Origin: Promethearchaeota archaeon
GTDB lineage: Archaea; Asgardarchaeota; Lokiarchaeia; Sigyniarchaeales; SOKP01
Reading direction: 5' to 3'
NCBI GenBank assembly: GCA_019057865.1
Contig: JAHLWP010000022.1
Span: 1-64,000 of the forward strand
DNA: 64,000 bases
Shown here piece after piece: positions 10,601 through 20,784 of this stretch. The position numbers and the translations under genes were made by a program. Numbering within the stretch: the stretch's first letter is position 1; each line of letters begins with the position of its first letter. Below the pieces are notes generated by a model that had not been told where the DNA came from, made no database searches, and was given only the letters and a program-made list of their open reading frames with translations.

Positions 10601-12313
10601 ATGACAGATATTAAAGAAGTTTTTGATGAAGCAGAAAATATAGGGGTTATTGGTTCTCCTTCCTCTACTAGTGAATTAAACATTGATGTTTTAGGAACTG
10701 CTGTTATTAGAGGATTAGTAGGCAAATTTAGCTTATTTAATTATATTCAAGATGGTTTGGATCATTATGCTTTAGGGCAAATTACAGAGATAACAATGCA
10801 AAATGTATGGACCCAAGATGCTACTATGAGAGGTATAATTAGACAAAAAGGTCGTGTCGATCCAATCACAGAAAAGCAAGATATCCATACTGCTAAAATG
10901 ATTGTTAGCTCAGTTTTTGCTAAAAATAATAATACTATTGAACCAAGCCTTTTTGGAACCGTTCCTTCAACAGGAACTCCAATAAGGCTATTTGATGAAA
11001 ATATAATGAATGCATTGCTAGTAGATTTCACAGAAGAATTATTTTATTTAGGTAAAACCTATGGAACTAACATTAAATTACCAATGTGGCTAAAACATTT
11101 CGGTTCAGATAAATTTGGAGTTGGGGAAGCATATCATATAGGAATTTTTGGAAAAACAGGCTCTGGTAAATCTGTGTTAGCAAAAATGATGATTACAGGA
11201 TATCTAAGACATAAAAGTATGTCTATTTATATATTAGATCCTCAAGGAGAATTTTCAACTGAGTTCAGTTCGAATAAAGAATTAAGATCAATAGTGGAAA
11301 ATCAATTAAAACGAGATGTAAATATCATTACATTACAAAATATTACTTTTGACTATAATGTAATTCTTCTTAGAAAGTTATTAAGCGCAACTAATTTTTT
11401 TGATAAACTCTCGATCTGGTATAACAATCATAAAGTTAGATTTGTAAATGAATTTGTTTTAATTTTGAAGTCAAAAGGAACATTAGACGACTCTATTACT
11501 CCATGGAATTATTATAAAAGAGTAGCATTCGATAGAATTTGGAAACAAATACCAACAGACCAATTTCTACAAAAAACAATAGGAACTAAAAACCCTAGAG
11601 AAAGAGTAAAAAGTACATGGCAAAATTTAGATCCCGATGAAATGTATGAAATATGGAAGGGAATTACTAGCCTTTTTAGATATAGAGAAAATAGTATTAG
11701 GCTATCTGAGTTATTTAAGATTGTATCAGGTAAAGGAGTATTAGTCATAATCGACTTATCTTCAAGAGAAAAACCAGAAGATATCATATGGAATGATGAT
11801 ATTCAATTAATAGCAATACAACAAATATTAAGCAAAATAAATGATCAAGCTGAAGAAAGCTTCAGAGAAGGCGGAAATTTGAATTCTTTAGTTGTTATTG
11901 ATGAAGCCCATAGATTAGCCCCAAGAGAAAGAACTGATGACGAGGATATTGAATTAATAAAATCAATTTTCATAGACGCTGTTAGAACTACAAGAAAATT
12001 TGGGCTTGGTTGGATGTTCATTAGCCAGACGTTATCAAGTCTACACAGAGAAATATTGAACCAAATTAGAATTTTCATTTTTGGATTTGGGCTGGCTTGG
12101 GGAGTTGAACGACAAGCATTATGGGAAATCATAGGTGGAGCTACAGAAGCATTAAAATTATACCAAAACTTTCGAGATCCTCAAAGCAGCTTTGGAAAAA
12201 GAGAATATCCTTTCATGACTATTGGTCCGATTTCGCCTCTGTCATTTTCCGGTACGCCACTGTTTTTTAATGCTTTAAATTATCCAGATGAATTTATGAA
12301 TCTTAATTTTTAG
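10601..12313 (+). CDS. herA: HerA-family ATPase/helicase
   Basis: N-terminal HAS-barrel-like region, GKTGSGKS, LDPQGEF, VIDEAHRLAP, RKFGLG..SQ; AGGTGA SD upstream. Confidence 0.9.
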   Translation: MTDIKEVFDEAENIGVIGSPSSTSELNIDVLGTAVIRGLVGKFSLFNYIQDGLDHYALGQITEITMQNVWTQDATMRGIIRQKGRVDPITEKQDIHTAKMIVSSVFAKNNNTIEPSLFGTVPSTGTPIRLFDENIMNALLVDFTEELFYLGKTYGTNIKLPMWLKHFGSDKFGVGEAYHIGIFGKTGSGKSVLAKMMITGYLRHKSMSIYILDPQGEFSTEFSSNKELRSIVENQLKRDVNIITLQNITFDYNVILLRKLLSATNFFDKLSIWYNNHKVRFVNEFVLILKSKGTLDDSITPWNYYKRVAFDRIWKQIPTDQFLQKTIGTKNPRERVKSTWQNLDPDEMYEIWKGITSLFRYRENSIRLSELFKIVSGKGVLVIIDLSSREKPEDIIWNDDIQLIAIQQILSKINDQAEESFREGGNLNSLVVIDEAHRLAPRERTDDEDIELIKSIFIDAVRTTRKFGLGWMFISQTLSSLHREILNQIRIFIFGFGLAWGVERQALWEIIGGATEALKLYQNFRDPQSSFGKREYPFMTIGPISPLSFSGTPLFFNALNYPDEFMNLNF

Positions 12314-12560
12314 TTTTAAAATCTAATATTATAATTATTAACATAAGGGAAAAAAAGGGGTAGAAATAGAAATTCAAATAATAGATCACCCACTAAAAAT
12401 CCAAATAATCCTACTTATAAAGTATCAATAGATAATAGAGCAAATCAATTAAACTCTAATAACTCTATGAATTAAGGAAAAAGTGTATAACAATAATTCT
12501 TAACTTGAATGCTAACTATAAGAATTCTATCTTTAGATTACTGATTAGTAATTTAAATAA

Positions 12561-14438
12561 TTAACTAAGATTTTTAACTTTATCTTCAATTCTACTACTA
12601 ATAACTCTTTTACATTTATCAACAGCCATATTAACGGTAAATAATTCTTGTATTTTAACAAGATAGCTCCTATCTTCTAATGTGGTATATCTGCACAATC
12701 CTGCATTGTTTAATTCTTGAGTTAATTCTCTATATATTGTATTTAAATCAAAAAAAGGCCAATCTACTCCAATATTTTGAAGTGGTGTTTGTAAACCTTT
12801 AAGCTCTTCTTCGATTTTAGCTTTCATTCCTTTATGGGATCTTTTTGTAGCACCGTCTAAATACTGGAAAGTATTTTCTAACAATCGTGAAACTCTATCA
12901 TCGATATCCTCTAAATTAACTTGGGTTACTCCACCAGTTGGAGTCCCTACTGTTGGTGGTATTACTATTGGTTGCCCAATCATCCATTTATTATATAAGA
13001 TTTTAGCATATTTTTTTAAAAAAGTCTCAATATCACCCATTATGTCTTTTCTGAAATCTTCAAGTAGACTAAAAGCTCTATCTTTAACCATTAATATATA
13101 TTGGATTAAATCTCTAGGTAAAAGAATTCTTTGAAGCTCATTACTTACTTCCTCATCAAACCTTCGTAACTCGTAGTCTGTAATTCTCTTATTAATATAG
13201 ATCCAGATCAAAAGAGTCATGTGTTTTTCTGTAAAAGCTTTGAGCTGTCGTTTTTTCCGTCCAGAATTAACACTCCTTTGGGCGGTAATCTCAACGGGCA
13301 TGAACCCAATTTCATTGTCACCAATTTTAAAATCATAATATCCATCTGTTCTGTGACCTTTAATTACTTTTTCTTCATTTTTATAAGATACAATAATATT
13401 ATTTCCATTTTCTTGAATGATAAATGGTCTATTCTTTCTTAGAAGGTATGTTTTCAAAATTCCCTCAAGAGTACTTCCTACTTCACTCTCGTTTCCTAAA
13501 TTTATAGATCCCAATTGATCATCATCCACTCCATCGAATATAATCTCAAACATATTACGAAGCCTTTCTACTAAATCCCCTACCACGGAACTCTGTATAT
13601 CCAGTTTTAAAAAATCTAAATTTTCGATAAAATGGGTTAATAAATTACCCATTAATTCTTTAAACCTATAATGATAATTTCTCAATTTTGTTTTAATATT
13701 TTTATAATTCGATGCCCAAAGAACCGCAAAAAAGTTAACAGCAAATTCCTCAATATCGTTTTCATCAAAGAGAATATCAGCCCTAAGAAAAGGATTAATC
13801 CGTCTTTTGATACGATGTGGAGCATATCGTTCAAAATCTTCGAGAATACGATTACTCAACACTAAAAATATGTAAAAAGGTAACTCTCTATTATAAGCTT
13901 CCTCTGAAGTTCTAATAAGAATATTTCCAAATCGTTCAATAAGTATAACTTTCCTTTCCTCGCTTATTTCAGGAGCGCTAATTAAGTCGATCTCATCTAC
14001 AAAAAAATAAAATTCCCTATTATTATTACATTTACTAAAACAAAGACGTAACTGGTCATTAAAAGCATTGAAACCCTCCTCTGATGGATCAAAGATATGA
14101 TATTCGGAGAGTGCTGAAGGAATTGCTCTTTCATACATTAATTTTAAAAAGTGGGCAATTTGAGATTTTCCCATCCCATATTGCGTTTTTTCACTGAAAA
14201 TTGAGTATATACCTCCAGGATAAAGAGTAACTCTCATCTCTTCTACTTTTTCACTTAAAATTTGCCCAATCTCATAACCCTTTATTAGGAAGTGATTAAC
14301 GTCATCATAAGATGCTATAATAGGACGAGCAAGTGACCATGCTTGTCGAATCTTGATAAAGATATCAGGTTTCTCTGACTGAAACTGTTCCATTGCATTT
14401 ATTGCATCCCTTATATCATTATATCCTACTATTTTCAA
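12561..14438 (-). CDS. P-loop ATPase with a probable PD-(D/E)XK-like domain
   Basis: YGMGKS Walker A, FFVDEID Walker B, later RTDG...PVEIT. Confidence 0.55.
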   Translation of the reverse strand: MKIVGYNDIRDAINAMEQFQSEKPDIFIKIRQAWSLARPIIASYDDVNHFLIKGYEIGQILSEKVEEMRVTLYPGGIYSIFSEKTQYGMGKSQIAHFLKLMYERAIPSALSEYHIFDPSEEGFNAFNDQLRLCFSKCNNNREFYFFVDEIDLISAPEISEERKVILIERFGNILIRTSEEAYNRELPFYIFLVLSNRILEDFERYAPHRIKRRINPFLRADILFDENDIEEFAVNFFAVLWASNYKNIKTKLRNYHYRFKELMGNLLTHFIENLDFLKLDIQSSVVGDLVERLRNMFEIIFDGVDDDQLGSINLGNESEVGSTLEGILKTYLLRKNRPFIIQENGNNIIVSYKNEEKVIKGHRTDGYYDFKIGDNEIGFMPVEITAQRSVNSGRKKRQLKAFTEKHMTLLIWIYINKRITDYELRRFDEEVSNELQRILLPRDLIQYILMVKDRAFSLLEDFRKDIMGDIETFLKKYAKILYNKWMIGQPIVIPPTVGTPTGGVTQVNLEDIDDRVSRLLENTFQYLDGATKRSHKGMKAKIEEELKGLQTPLQNIGVDWPFFDLNTIYRELTQELNNAGLCRYTTLEDRSYLVKIQELFTVNMAVDKCKRVISSRIEDKVKNLS

Positions 14439-15157
14439 TCCCCTTTAGGATATAATTTATAATTATCATACAGAGTAATTCTTGCTCTAAGTTCCCCCGT
14501 TTCTCTTACTCTATAAGTCTCTATAGATTTGTATCCATTCACTTCGTCAGGGGGCAAGTTTTTATAATTACGGTCTTGACAAAATTCCTTTGGGATATCA
14601 ACTCCCTTAATCTCAACTTTATCATCAATCCATAATTCTATAAGGTAATCATTTATTAGATGAGCTCTCGGTGAATCCTTAAAATTTTTCTTTACTTTCT
14701 TTATATTCACAAATTCCTTATTTCTGAGAAGATAATTATAGATAAGTTCCTTATCTTGAGCATTTTCCTCTACCATGGTTATAATCTTTATGATGGGGAT
14801 TTGGTCAATAAGAGAAACCTTCAATAGTAAGGAGAGAAGATTTTTTGCTGATGATAAAGAAATTATGTGTTTTTTATTTTCAAATAATTTCATTATCATC
14901 ATTGGATTAAGTGGTTTATTGTCAAGTTGAGACAAATCTTCTTTAGATATAACTTTCAAAAGAATACAGTTTCGAAGTTTATCGATAAAAAAGGCATAAG
15001 ATTCTGCTTTAACAAGTCCTCCGAAGAGAAAATCTCTGAATTTTAAGTAGGACTTAACTGTCTTTTCATTAAGTTTAATATCCTTAGATAATACATTCTG
15101 GAATGCACATAATTTATAGAACTTTTTAAGGTCTACAATGGGAATTATAAATTTCAA
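14435..15157 (-). CDS. Hypothetical protein, translationally coupled to the ATPase
   Basis: 240-aa ORF with a 4-bp stop/start overlap. Confidence 0.7.
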   Translation of the reverse strand: MKFIIPIVDLKKFYKLCAFQNVLSKDIKLNEKTVKSYLKFRDFLFGGLVKAESYAFFIDKLRNCILLKVISKEDLSQLDNKPLNPMMIMKLFENKKHIISLSSAKNLLSLLLKVSLIDQIPIIKIITMVEENAQDKELIYNYLLRNKEFVNIKKVKKNFKDSPRAHLINDYLIELWIDDKVEIKGVDIPKEFCQDRNYKNLPPDEVNGYKSIETYRVRETGELRARITLYDNYKLYPKGD

Positions 15158-15390
15158 AAAAAAACCCTCTTTATAATATTTAATTAGTACAAGTATAATT
15201 TTTATTCATCATACTTATATAAGTATTTCTTCCTTAAGATAAAACCTAAATATGATAAGTTTTAAAACTAAAAAAATTTTTTTTTAATCTTAATAAAAGA
15301 TTAACTTTTAATGATAGATTAGCTTTTTGAATGAATTCGTTTATTTATTTTTCCATTAGACATTATAATTTATTTAAATAATAATATACT

Positions 15391-15438
15391 TCGTGAAACG
15401 GTTATATTCTTTAAATATTCATATCAAATATATGATTT
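15391..15438 (+). repeat. TCGTGAAA-CGGTTA site plus ~35 bp shared with 31929-31976
   Basis: TATTCTTTAAAT(A/T)TTCATATCAAATATATGATT follows the site in both places. Confidence 0.85.
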
Positions 15439-15951
15439 AAAAATTCCTCAAATTGGAATTTAATGAAGCTAATTATCAGTTTTTTCTAATTAACCCATAA
15501 AGAGGAATTAGTCGAAAAATAATATCACATATAAAGAAAAAAAAAATAGTTAATGCTAAATTATTTTACAGTATCAAATGAAAACCATCCAATCTTATAA
15601 TCTCCTAATTGAAACTTTCAATAAATATCAAAGATCATTATAATGACTTGAAAAAAGAGCAGAAAAATTAGATGATTTTTTATTATTCAAAATAAAATAT
15701 TTTTTTTATTTTAGACTATACTTTTCTCATAAATAAATAATGAATAATTCATCATTTGTCAATCATTTTTAATAAGTTGTAATTCATATTTAATCTATAG
15801 AGGAAAAATTTTTTTAAATATAGTTGAAATTAAGAAAATAGTATAACAAAAATTAAGTTAAATTAAAAATTAAATAATTAGATAACAATTAAAGTCCATT
15901 TATTTAAAAATAAAATGGTTTTTAGACTTTATAACAGTTTAGATTAGAATT

Positions 15952-16686
15952 ATGAAGATTTCAGAATATAATTGTGTTATTTCAGGTAGTTTTAATAGAT
16001 TTTTTTCTGAAATGAAAGATTTTTATGAAGACTTGATCTATTATAATTTTCATATCCTCTCTCCAAATGGTTTTGAGATATCTGATGACTCTACTGAGTT
16101 TATTAGAATAAAAGGTGATGTAGGTACGACTATTGGAGAAATTGAAGCACAGCATCTTAAATCTATCAAAAATAGTCAATTTTTAATTGTTTTTAATCCT
16201 AAAAATTATGTTGGAATAAGTACTGCGTTAGAAATCGGATATGCGATTCAAAATAAAAAAGATATTTATTTTTCAAATAATTTTCCAAAGTTCCTTAAAA
16301 ATGAAGTTAAAAATAGCCATCCATTATTTTCATTTAATAATAATATTGAATTATTAATTGAGTTACTTAAGAAGAATCGTTCTAACACTAACTTTACTAG
16401 CCAAAAAGCTAATTTTCCATTCAAAATGGGAAAAATTTTAGTTCTGGACAATTCAATAAAAGAAATCAGTGTTAACTTAGCATTTCACATCGGAAAGTTG
16501 ATTGCTCAACAATCACTAATTTTTTGTACTTCACAACCTAAAGATATTTTACTCAAGGAAGTGCTTAACACAATTTCAGGAAATAAAAAACATGTCTCCT
16601 ATTTAGAAAAATTATATGAAATTTATATTTCAAATCCTATCAATACTTATTCTAAAAATAGCTTTGATATTTTAAATCCTTTATAA
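15952..16686 (+). CDS. Nucleoside 2-deoxyribosyltransferase (NDT)-like protein
   Basis: ISGSF, HLKSIKNSQFLIVFNPKNYVGISTALEIGYA; a degenerate second copy of the motif lies C-terminally. Confidence 0.65.
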   Translation: MKISEYNCVISGSFNRFFSEMKDFYEDLIYYNFHILSPNGFEISDDSTEFIRIKGDVGTTIGEIEAQHLKSIKNSQFLIVFNPKNYVGISTALEIGYAIQNKKDIYFSNNFPKFLKNEVKNSHPLFSFNNNIELLIELLKKNRSNTNFTSQKANFPFKMGKILVLDNSIKEISVNLAFHIGKLIAQQSLIFCTSQPKDILLKEVLNTISGNKKHVSYLEKLYEIYISNPINTYSKNSFDILNPL

Positions 16687-16699
16687 AGGTGATTAATTA

Positions 16700-18916
16700 A
16701 TAGAAAAAACTCAACCGTTTGATATTAAAAGATATAATGAAATCATCTCTTTAATTGATAAATATTTAAATAAGCACAGACAAATATTCCATTCTTTCTT
16801 TATTAAAACAACTAGCAGTTTTTTTAGACAAGAAAAAAAGGAGCATGTAAATTTAACAAGTACAGCGACTTGTATTCTTTCACTTAAACTTTTAAATACT
16901 CTTGATAATTTTGAAAATTTTAATCAAAATTTACTTCTTGAGAATATTTTTGGAATGGAACAATGGACATCTACCGGACTAGATAATAATAATGGATATA
17001 CATTAAGTTTATTACTCCCTGGTATACGCACTTTGTTAAATGATGAATCTTGGGATAAAAACTTGGAGGAAAATGATAAAGAACGAATATTTGAATGCTT
17101 AGGCATTTTAAGATCTTTACTTAATGAAAAACGTAATAATAAAAATATTTGGGAGATGGGGGGAGTATGCATTAAAGAATATCCTCCAAACTCATTTGTT
17201 ACATACTGGGCTTTAGAAACATTGAAGGTTTTTAATCAATTTGAAGAATTAAATTTCAGAATTACATATAATTGGGCATTATTTACTTTTTATAAGGAAA
17301 TATCAAATTTTAATTCTAAAGCATTAGAAAAATTTGATGTCTTTCAATTAGCATATTCTCTTTTAATATTAAAAAAATTTTTCAAACATACACTTCCCAA
17401 AAGCATTGTTAAGCATGCTTTATATATTATCTTTAAAGTTCAAAATGAAATAGGTCGTTGGGATTTAGGTCACCCATTATTTAATTACCCAGGGGCCGGA
17501 AATGCTTATTGCCATGATTTTGAAATGTTTCGGTCTTTACTTAAAGATTTAAAAGAGGACTATTTTGATTTATTAATTGAATTTCTACCTTCATTATATA
17601 AATCATTGACTTGGATTGTAAATAATTATCAAGAAGTGAATTCTAAAGGTATTTGTGGTTGGAATTCAGGACATTATTATCCATGGCCTTATCCAGAATC
17701 ATGGGCAACTGCGGCTGTTTTAGATTTTCTATTTGAATATAAGCAGATATTACAACAAAATGCTCAAAATAATATTTTGAGAGAATTTAGATATTTTGAT
17801 GAAAATCTAGCAAAAGTTAAAAATTTTGATGAGATGTTAGATTCTGTAGTTAAAGTGGGTAGTAATTATAAATATTTAATTAAAGATATTTTAAAAGAGA
17901 ATTTTAAAGAAACATTCGATAAAGAAAAGCTCGCGAAGGGTATAATTCTATGTGGCCCACCGGGTACAGGAAAAACAACTTTGGCAGGATCAATAGCAAA
18001 AACAATTAATTGGAAATTTATTGAAATTTCTCCGGGATTATTCATTGAAAAAAATTTGTGGAGTGTTGGAGAAAAGACTAGAGAAATATTTGAATGTATT
18101 GAAATATTAGATAAAGTAGTTGTTTTATTTGATGAATTAGATGAACTGGTTAGAAAAAGAGGTTCTAGTACTGAGTTGTTAGGCCGGTTTATGACAACTA
18201 CGATTTTGCCTTATTTTCAGAAATTAGCTCAACAGAAGAAAATTATTTACATTTTAGCAACAAATCATATTCGAGAATTTGATATTGCTATTCAAAGACC
18301 AGGTCGCTTTCAATTAATAATAAATGTAAATCAACCTGCTAGATCTGAACTTATTGAAAAATATAAAGAAATACTATCTGAAAATGGGTGCAGCGATGCT
18401 ATAATTGAAAATTTATTTAATTTCCTTGAATGGGAAATGTTTCAAGAAATTATAGAAGATATTTTTACTCAGGATGATTTGGATGGAATCGACTTTCATT
18501 TTGATGAGAGTATTCAAAATAATCTTGTTGAGGAATTCAAGGAACGAATAAAAACACTTAAATCAGAGAAAATCAATTTATTTGAAGAGGCATTAGAGAA
18601 AAAGAGGAAAAGAGATGGCTATATAAATTTTAAGACTGATGATGAAATAAATGAATATCATAAAAGAATCGATAAAGTTAATGAGATATTCAATAGATTC
18701 ACATATCCAGAAATAGAGCCATTTATTAAAAATTATTTATTAGAAACATTAAAGACAGTAAATATTGATTATGAAGAAGTTAAAAAATCATTTTTCATGA
18801 TTAATAATGAATTAATATTAACAAAAGTTTATAAGGATTCTATTGAAAAGTTTAAAAAAGACCCAGGACTTAAGGAAGAATGCCAATATTGGTTAGCAGA
18901 TAATCGAATATCATAA
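16700..18916 (+). CDS. AAA+ ATPase with a large helical N-terminal domain; probable ATA start
   Basis: GPPGTGKT, VLFDELDE, ATN, RPGRF. The frame is open 85 codons upstream of ATG 16955 to ATA 16700, behind an AGGTGA SD. Confidence 0.8.
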   Translation: MEKTQPFDIKRYNEIISLIDKYLNKHRQIFHSFFIKTTSSFFRQEKKEHVNLTSTATCILSLKLLNTLDNFENFNQNLLLENIFGMEQWTSTGLDNNNGYTLSLLLPGIRTLLNDESWDKNLEENDKERIFECLGILRSLLNEKRNNKNIWEMGGVCIKEYPPNSFVTYWALETLKVFNQFEELNFRITYNWALFTFYKEISNFNSKALEKFDVFQLAYSLLILKKFFKHTLPKSIVKHALYIIFKVQNEIGRWDLGHPLFNYPGAGNAYCHDFEMFRSLLKDLKEDYFDLLIEFLPSLYKSLTWIVNNYQEVNSKGICGWNSGHYYPWPYPESWATAAVLDFLFEYKQILQQNAQNNILREFRYFDENLAKVKNFDEMLDSVVKVGSNYKYLIKDILKENFKETFDKEKLAKGIILCGPPGTGKTTLAGSIAKTINWKFIEISPGLFIEKNLWSVGEKTREIFECIEILDKVVVLFDELDELVRKRGSSTELLGRFMTTTILPYFQKLAQQKKIIYILATNHIREFDIAIQRPGRFQLIINVNQPARSELIEKYKEILSENGCSDAIIENLFNFLEWEMFQEIIEDIFTQDDLDGIDFHFDESIQNNLVEEFKERIKTLKSEKINLFEEALEKKRKRDGYINFKTDDEINEYHKRIDKVNEIFNRFTYPEIEPFIKNYLLETLKTVNIDYEEVKKSFFMINNELILTKVYKDSIEKFKKDPGLKEECQYWLADNRIS

Positions 18917-19445
18917 ATTCACAGATTTTATATTATCTATAAATAATTACATTTTAATGAAAATGAACTTTTACTTCTTTATAAAATATGCATGATATGA
19001 CATTTTTTGTTCATGTTCTAAGTCCTGATCTTTGTTCTTATAATTAAAACTATCAACGGCTTGTTTTATATCCTCCCCAATATATCTTTTAGTAAGCGTT
19101 CGAGTTCCAAAGAGCAAGAAAAAAGAGTACATAATTGCGATAAAGAATTTTGTGGAGAAAAAGTCTGCGAGTGAATCAGTATCTGATAATAAAGTTTCTA
19201 AAATTGAAATCAATAAAAAAATTTCGGATTGATATCGAAAGTTTGAGGAATTTATTAGACAGATAAATCAAAGAAAAGATAAGGATTGACTTACAATATA
19301 GTTTCATTATACTTTCCCTTCTTCAGCTCTACGATATAAAATTGAAATTGAGAGAATTTATCTTTTTATTTATAAAATCAATAGTCTCATTAGTATCGAG
19401 CTGGTTAGGGTATTTATTTATTAATTTTTGTAATTTTCTAATTGA

Positions 19446-19507
19446 ATCTTTATATATTAACTTCTTATCTCGTTCCAATATATCTTTATATATTAACTTT
19501 TTATCTC
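19446..19507 (+). repeat. 26-bp tandem duplication (period 36) containing TTTATATA
   Basis: ATCTTTATATATTAACTT(C/T)TTATCTC at 19446 and 19482. Confidence 0.8.
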
Positions 19508-19542
19508 ATGCTAAGGTAATTTTTATAGAAAATGATAAAAGC

Positions 19543-20154
19543 ATGAAAGGTATAATTATGACCTCAAATATTGAAGAAATTAGTTTTACTAATAGTTTTG
19601 AATCAGGTAAATATCTCAAAAGAGAAGAGTATTATTCAATCTTAACGATTTTAAAAACTTGGATTTCAAATTTCCCTTTAGAACTAAAGTTAGGATTAAA
19701 AAAAGAAAAAGTTAAAGAAGAAATAAGAGTATGGAATGAACAACAACAAGAAATAGAAAGAAAAAGAGTAATTGAAGAGGAATTAATTAATTTACTACTA
19801 TTAACAGCAAATTCAATAGAGAATTATGAAAAGTTAGAAAAAGTTGAAGAAGAATTTAAAATCCCAAATGAGGAAATGAATCTCTATAAAAAATTAAAAT
19901 TTATCTATTCTATTAGTCCACCAATATTACCCAGTGCTGCAAAATCATATCAAGGGAGTAATTTGGAAAGTAATAAGAAAATGCTGAAGAAGTTAAAATA
20001 TCCAATTTTTAAATTGGACGAGAAATATTTCATTGTGATAAAAGATAAAGCTGAAATTAATGAAGTAAAAAACATGGCACAAAATTTTAATGCTAGATTA
20101 GTTACACTAGAAAAATATGTATCAATAAGTAAGATAGTATCTTACTTGGAATAA
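19543..20154 (+). CDS. Hypothetical protein
   Basis: Charged soluble ORF; ATG 19543 or 19558 is more plausible than TTG 19342. Confidence 0.6.
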   Translation: MKGIIMTSNIEEISFTNSFESGKYLKREEYYSILTILKTWISNFPLELKLGLKKEKVKEEIRVWNEQQQEIERKRVIEEELINLLLLTANSIENYEKLEKVEEEFKIPNEEMNLYKKLKFIYSISPPILPSAAKSYQGSNLESNKKMLKKLKYPIFKLDEKYFIVIKDKAEINEVKNMAQNFNARLVTLEKYVSISKIVSYLE

Positions 20155-20170
20155 AAAAAACTGTTTTACT

Positions 20171-20432
20171 AAAATTTAGTATTACAATAACGATCTTTAA
20201 GATGTTCTAGTAGTTATAACTTATCTGAATAATTTAGAATAGTTTATAATAAAATATGTCAATTTATATCAATAAATTATATTGAAATGATTATCAAAAC
20301 GTTATTAGGTATCATGCTCATTTTGTCCAATATTACACAATATAAAAAATCCATTTTTTCAGTATGAATAAAATCAGAGGAAATTGAAAATTAACAATGT
20401 TCATTTATATCCAATATTGGACATTTTAGGAT
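20171..20432 (+). repeat. ~260-bp non-coding repeat, copy 1
   Basis: Colinear with 32074-32332; shared blocks AAAATTTAGTATTACAATAA, ATATCAATAAATTATATTGAAATGATTATCAAA, TATGAATAAAATCAGAGGAAATTGAAAATTAACAAT. Confidence 0.9.
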
Positions 20433-20784
20433 CTTTTTGAATTTAAATGATTTTATAATAAGGGAAAATATGAAAATAACTATACTTATTTTTAAGCATC
20501 AATGCCTATTTGCGGGATTTTTTATATTAAATAATTATATAATATTAGAAAAATAGGAATTCATTCATTTTTCTATATCTTGCATTATTATTAACGAATT
20601 CAATGAAGAATTAGTCATAATCTCTTTCAAACTAAGAAAATTAAAAGAGGAATATATTGTTGCCAAAGACGAAATAAATGGAGCTTTTATACTTTTAAGG
20701 ATAAATCATTAAGAGTACGACACTTAATGTTTGAATTTTAAAAATATATTCGAATGTCTATTATTATAGACATACTTTTTTTTA

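Noticed and set aside
18971-19213. 80-aa ORF as a real gene
   Set aside because: TTG start without a clear SD, broken upstream frames and no motif; probably a remnant.
20288-20368. Small peptide (MIIKTLLGIML...) within the 260-bp repeat
   Set aside because: The second copy has an earlier stop and non-conservative changes, so coding is not conserved.
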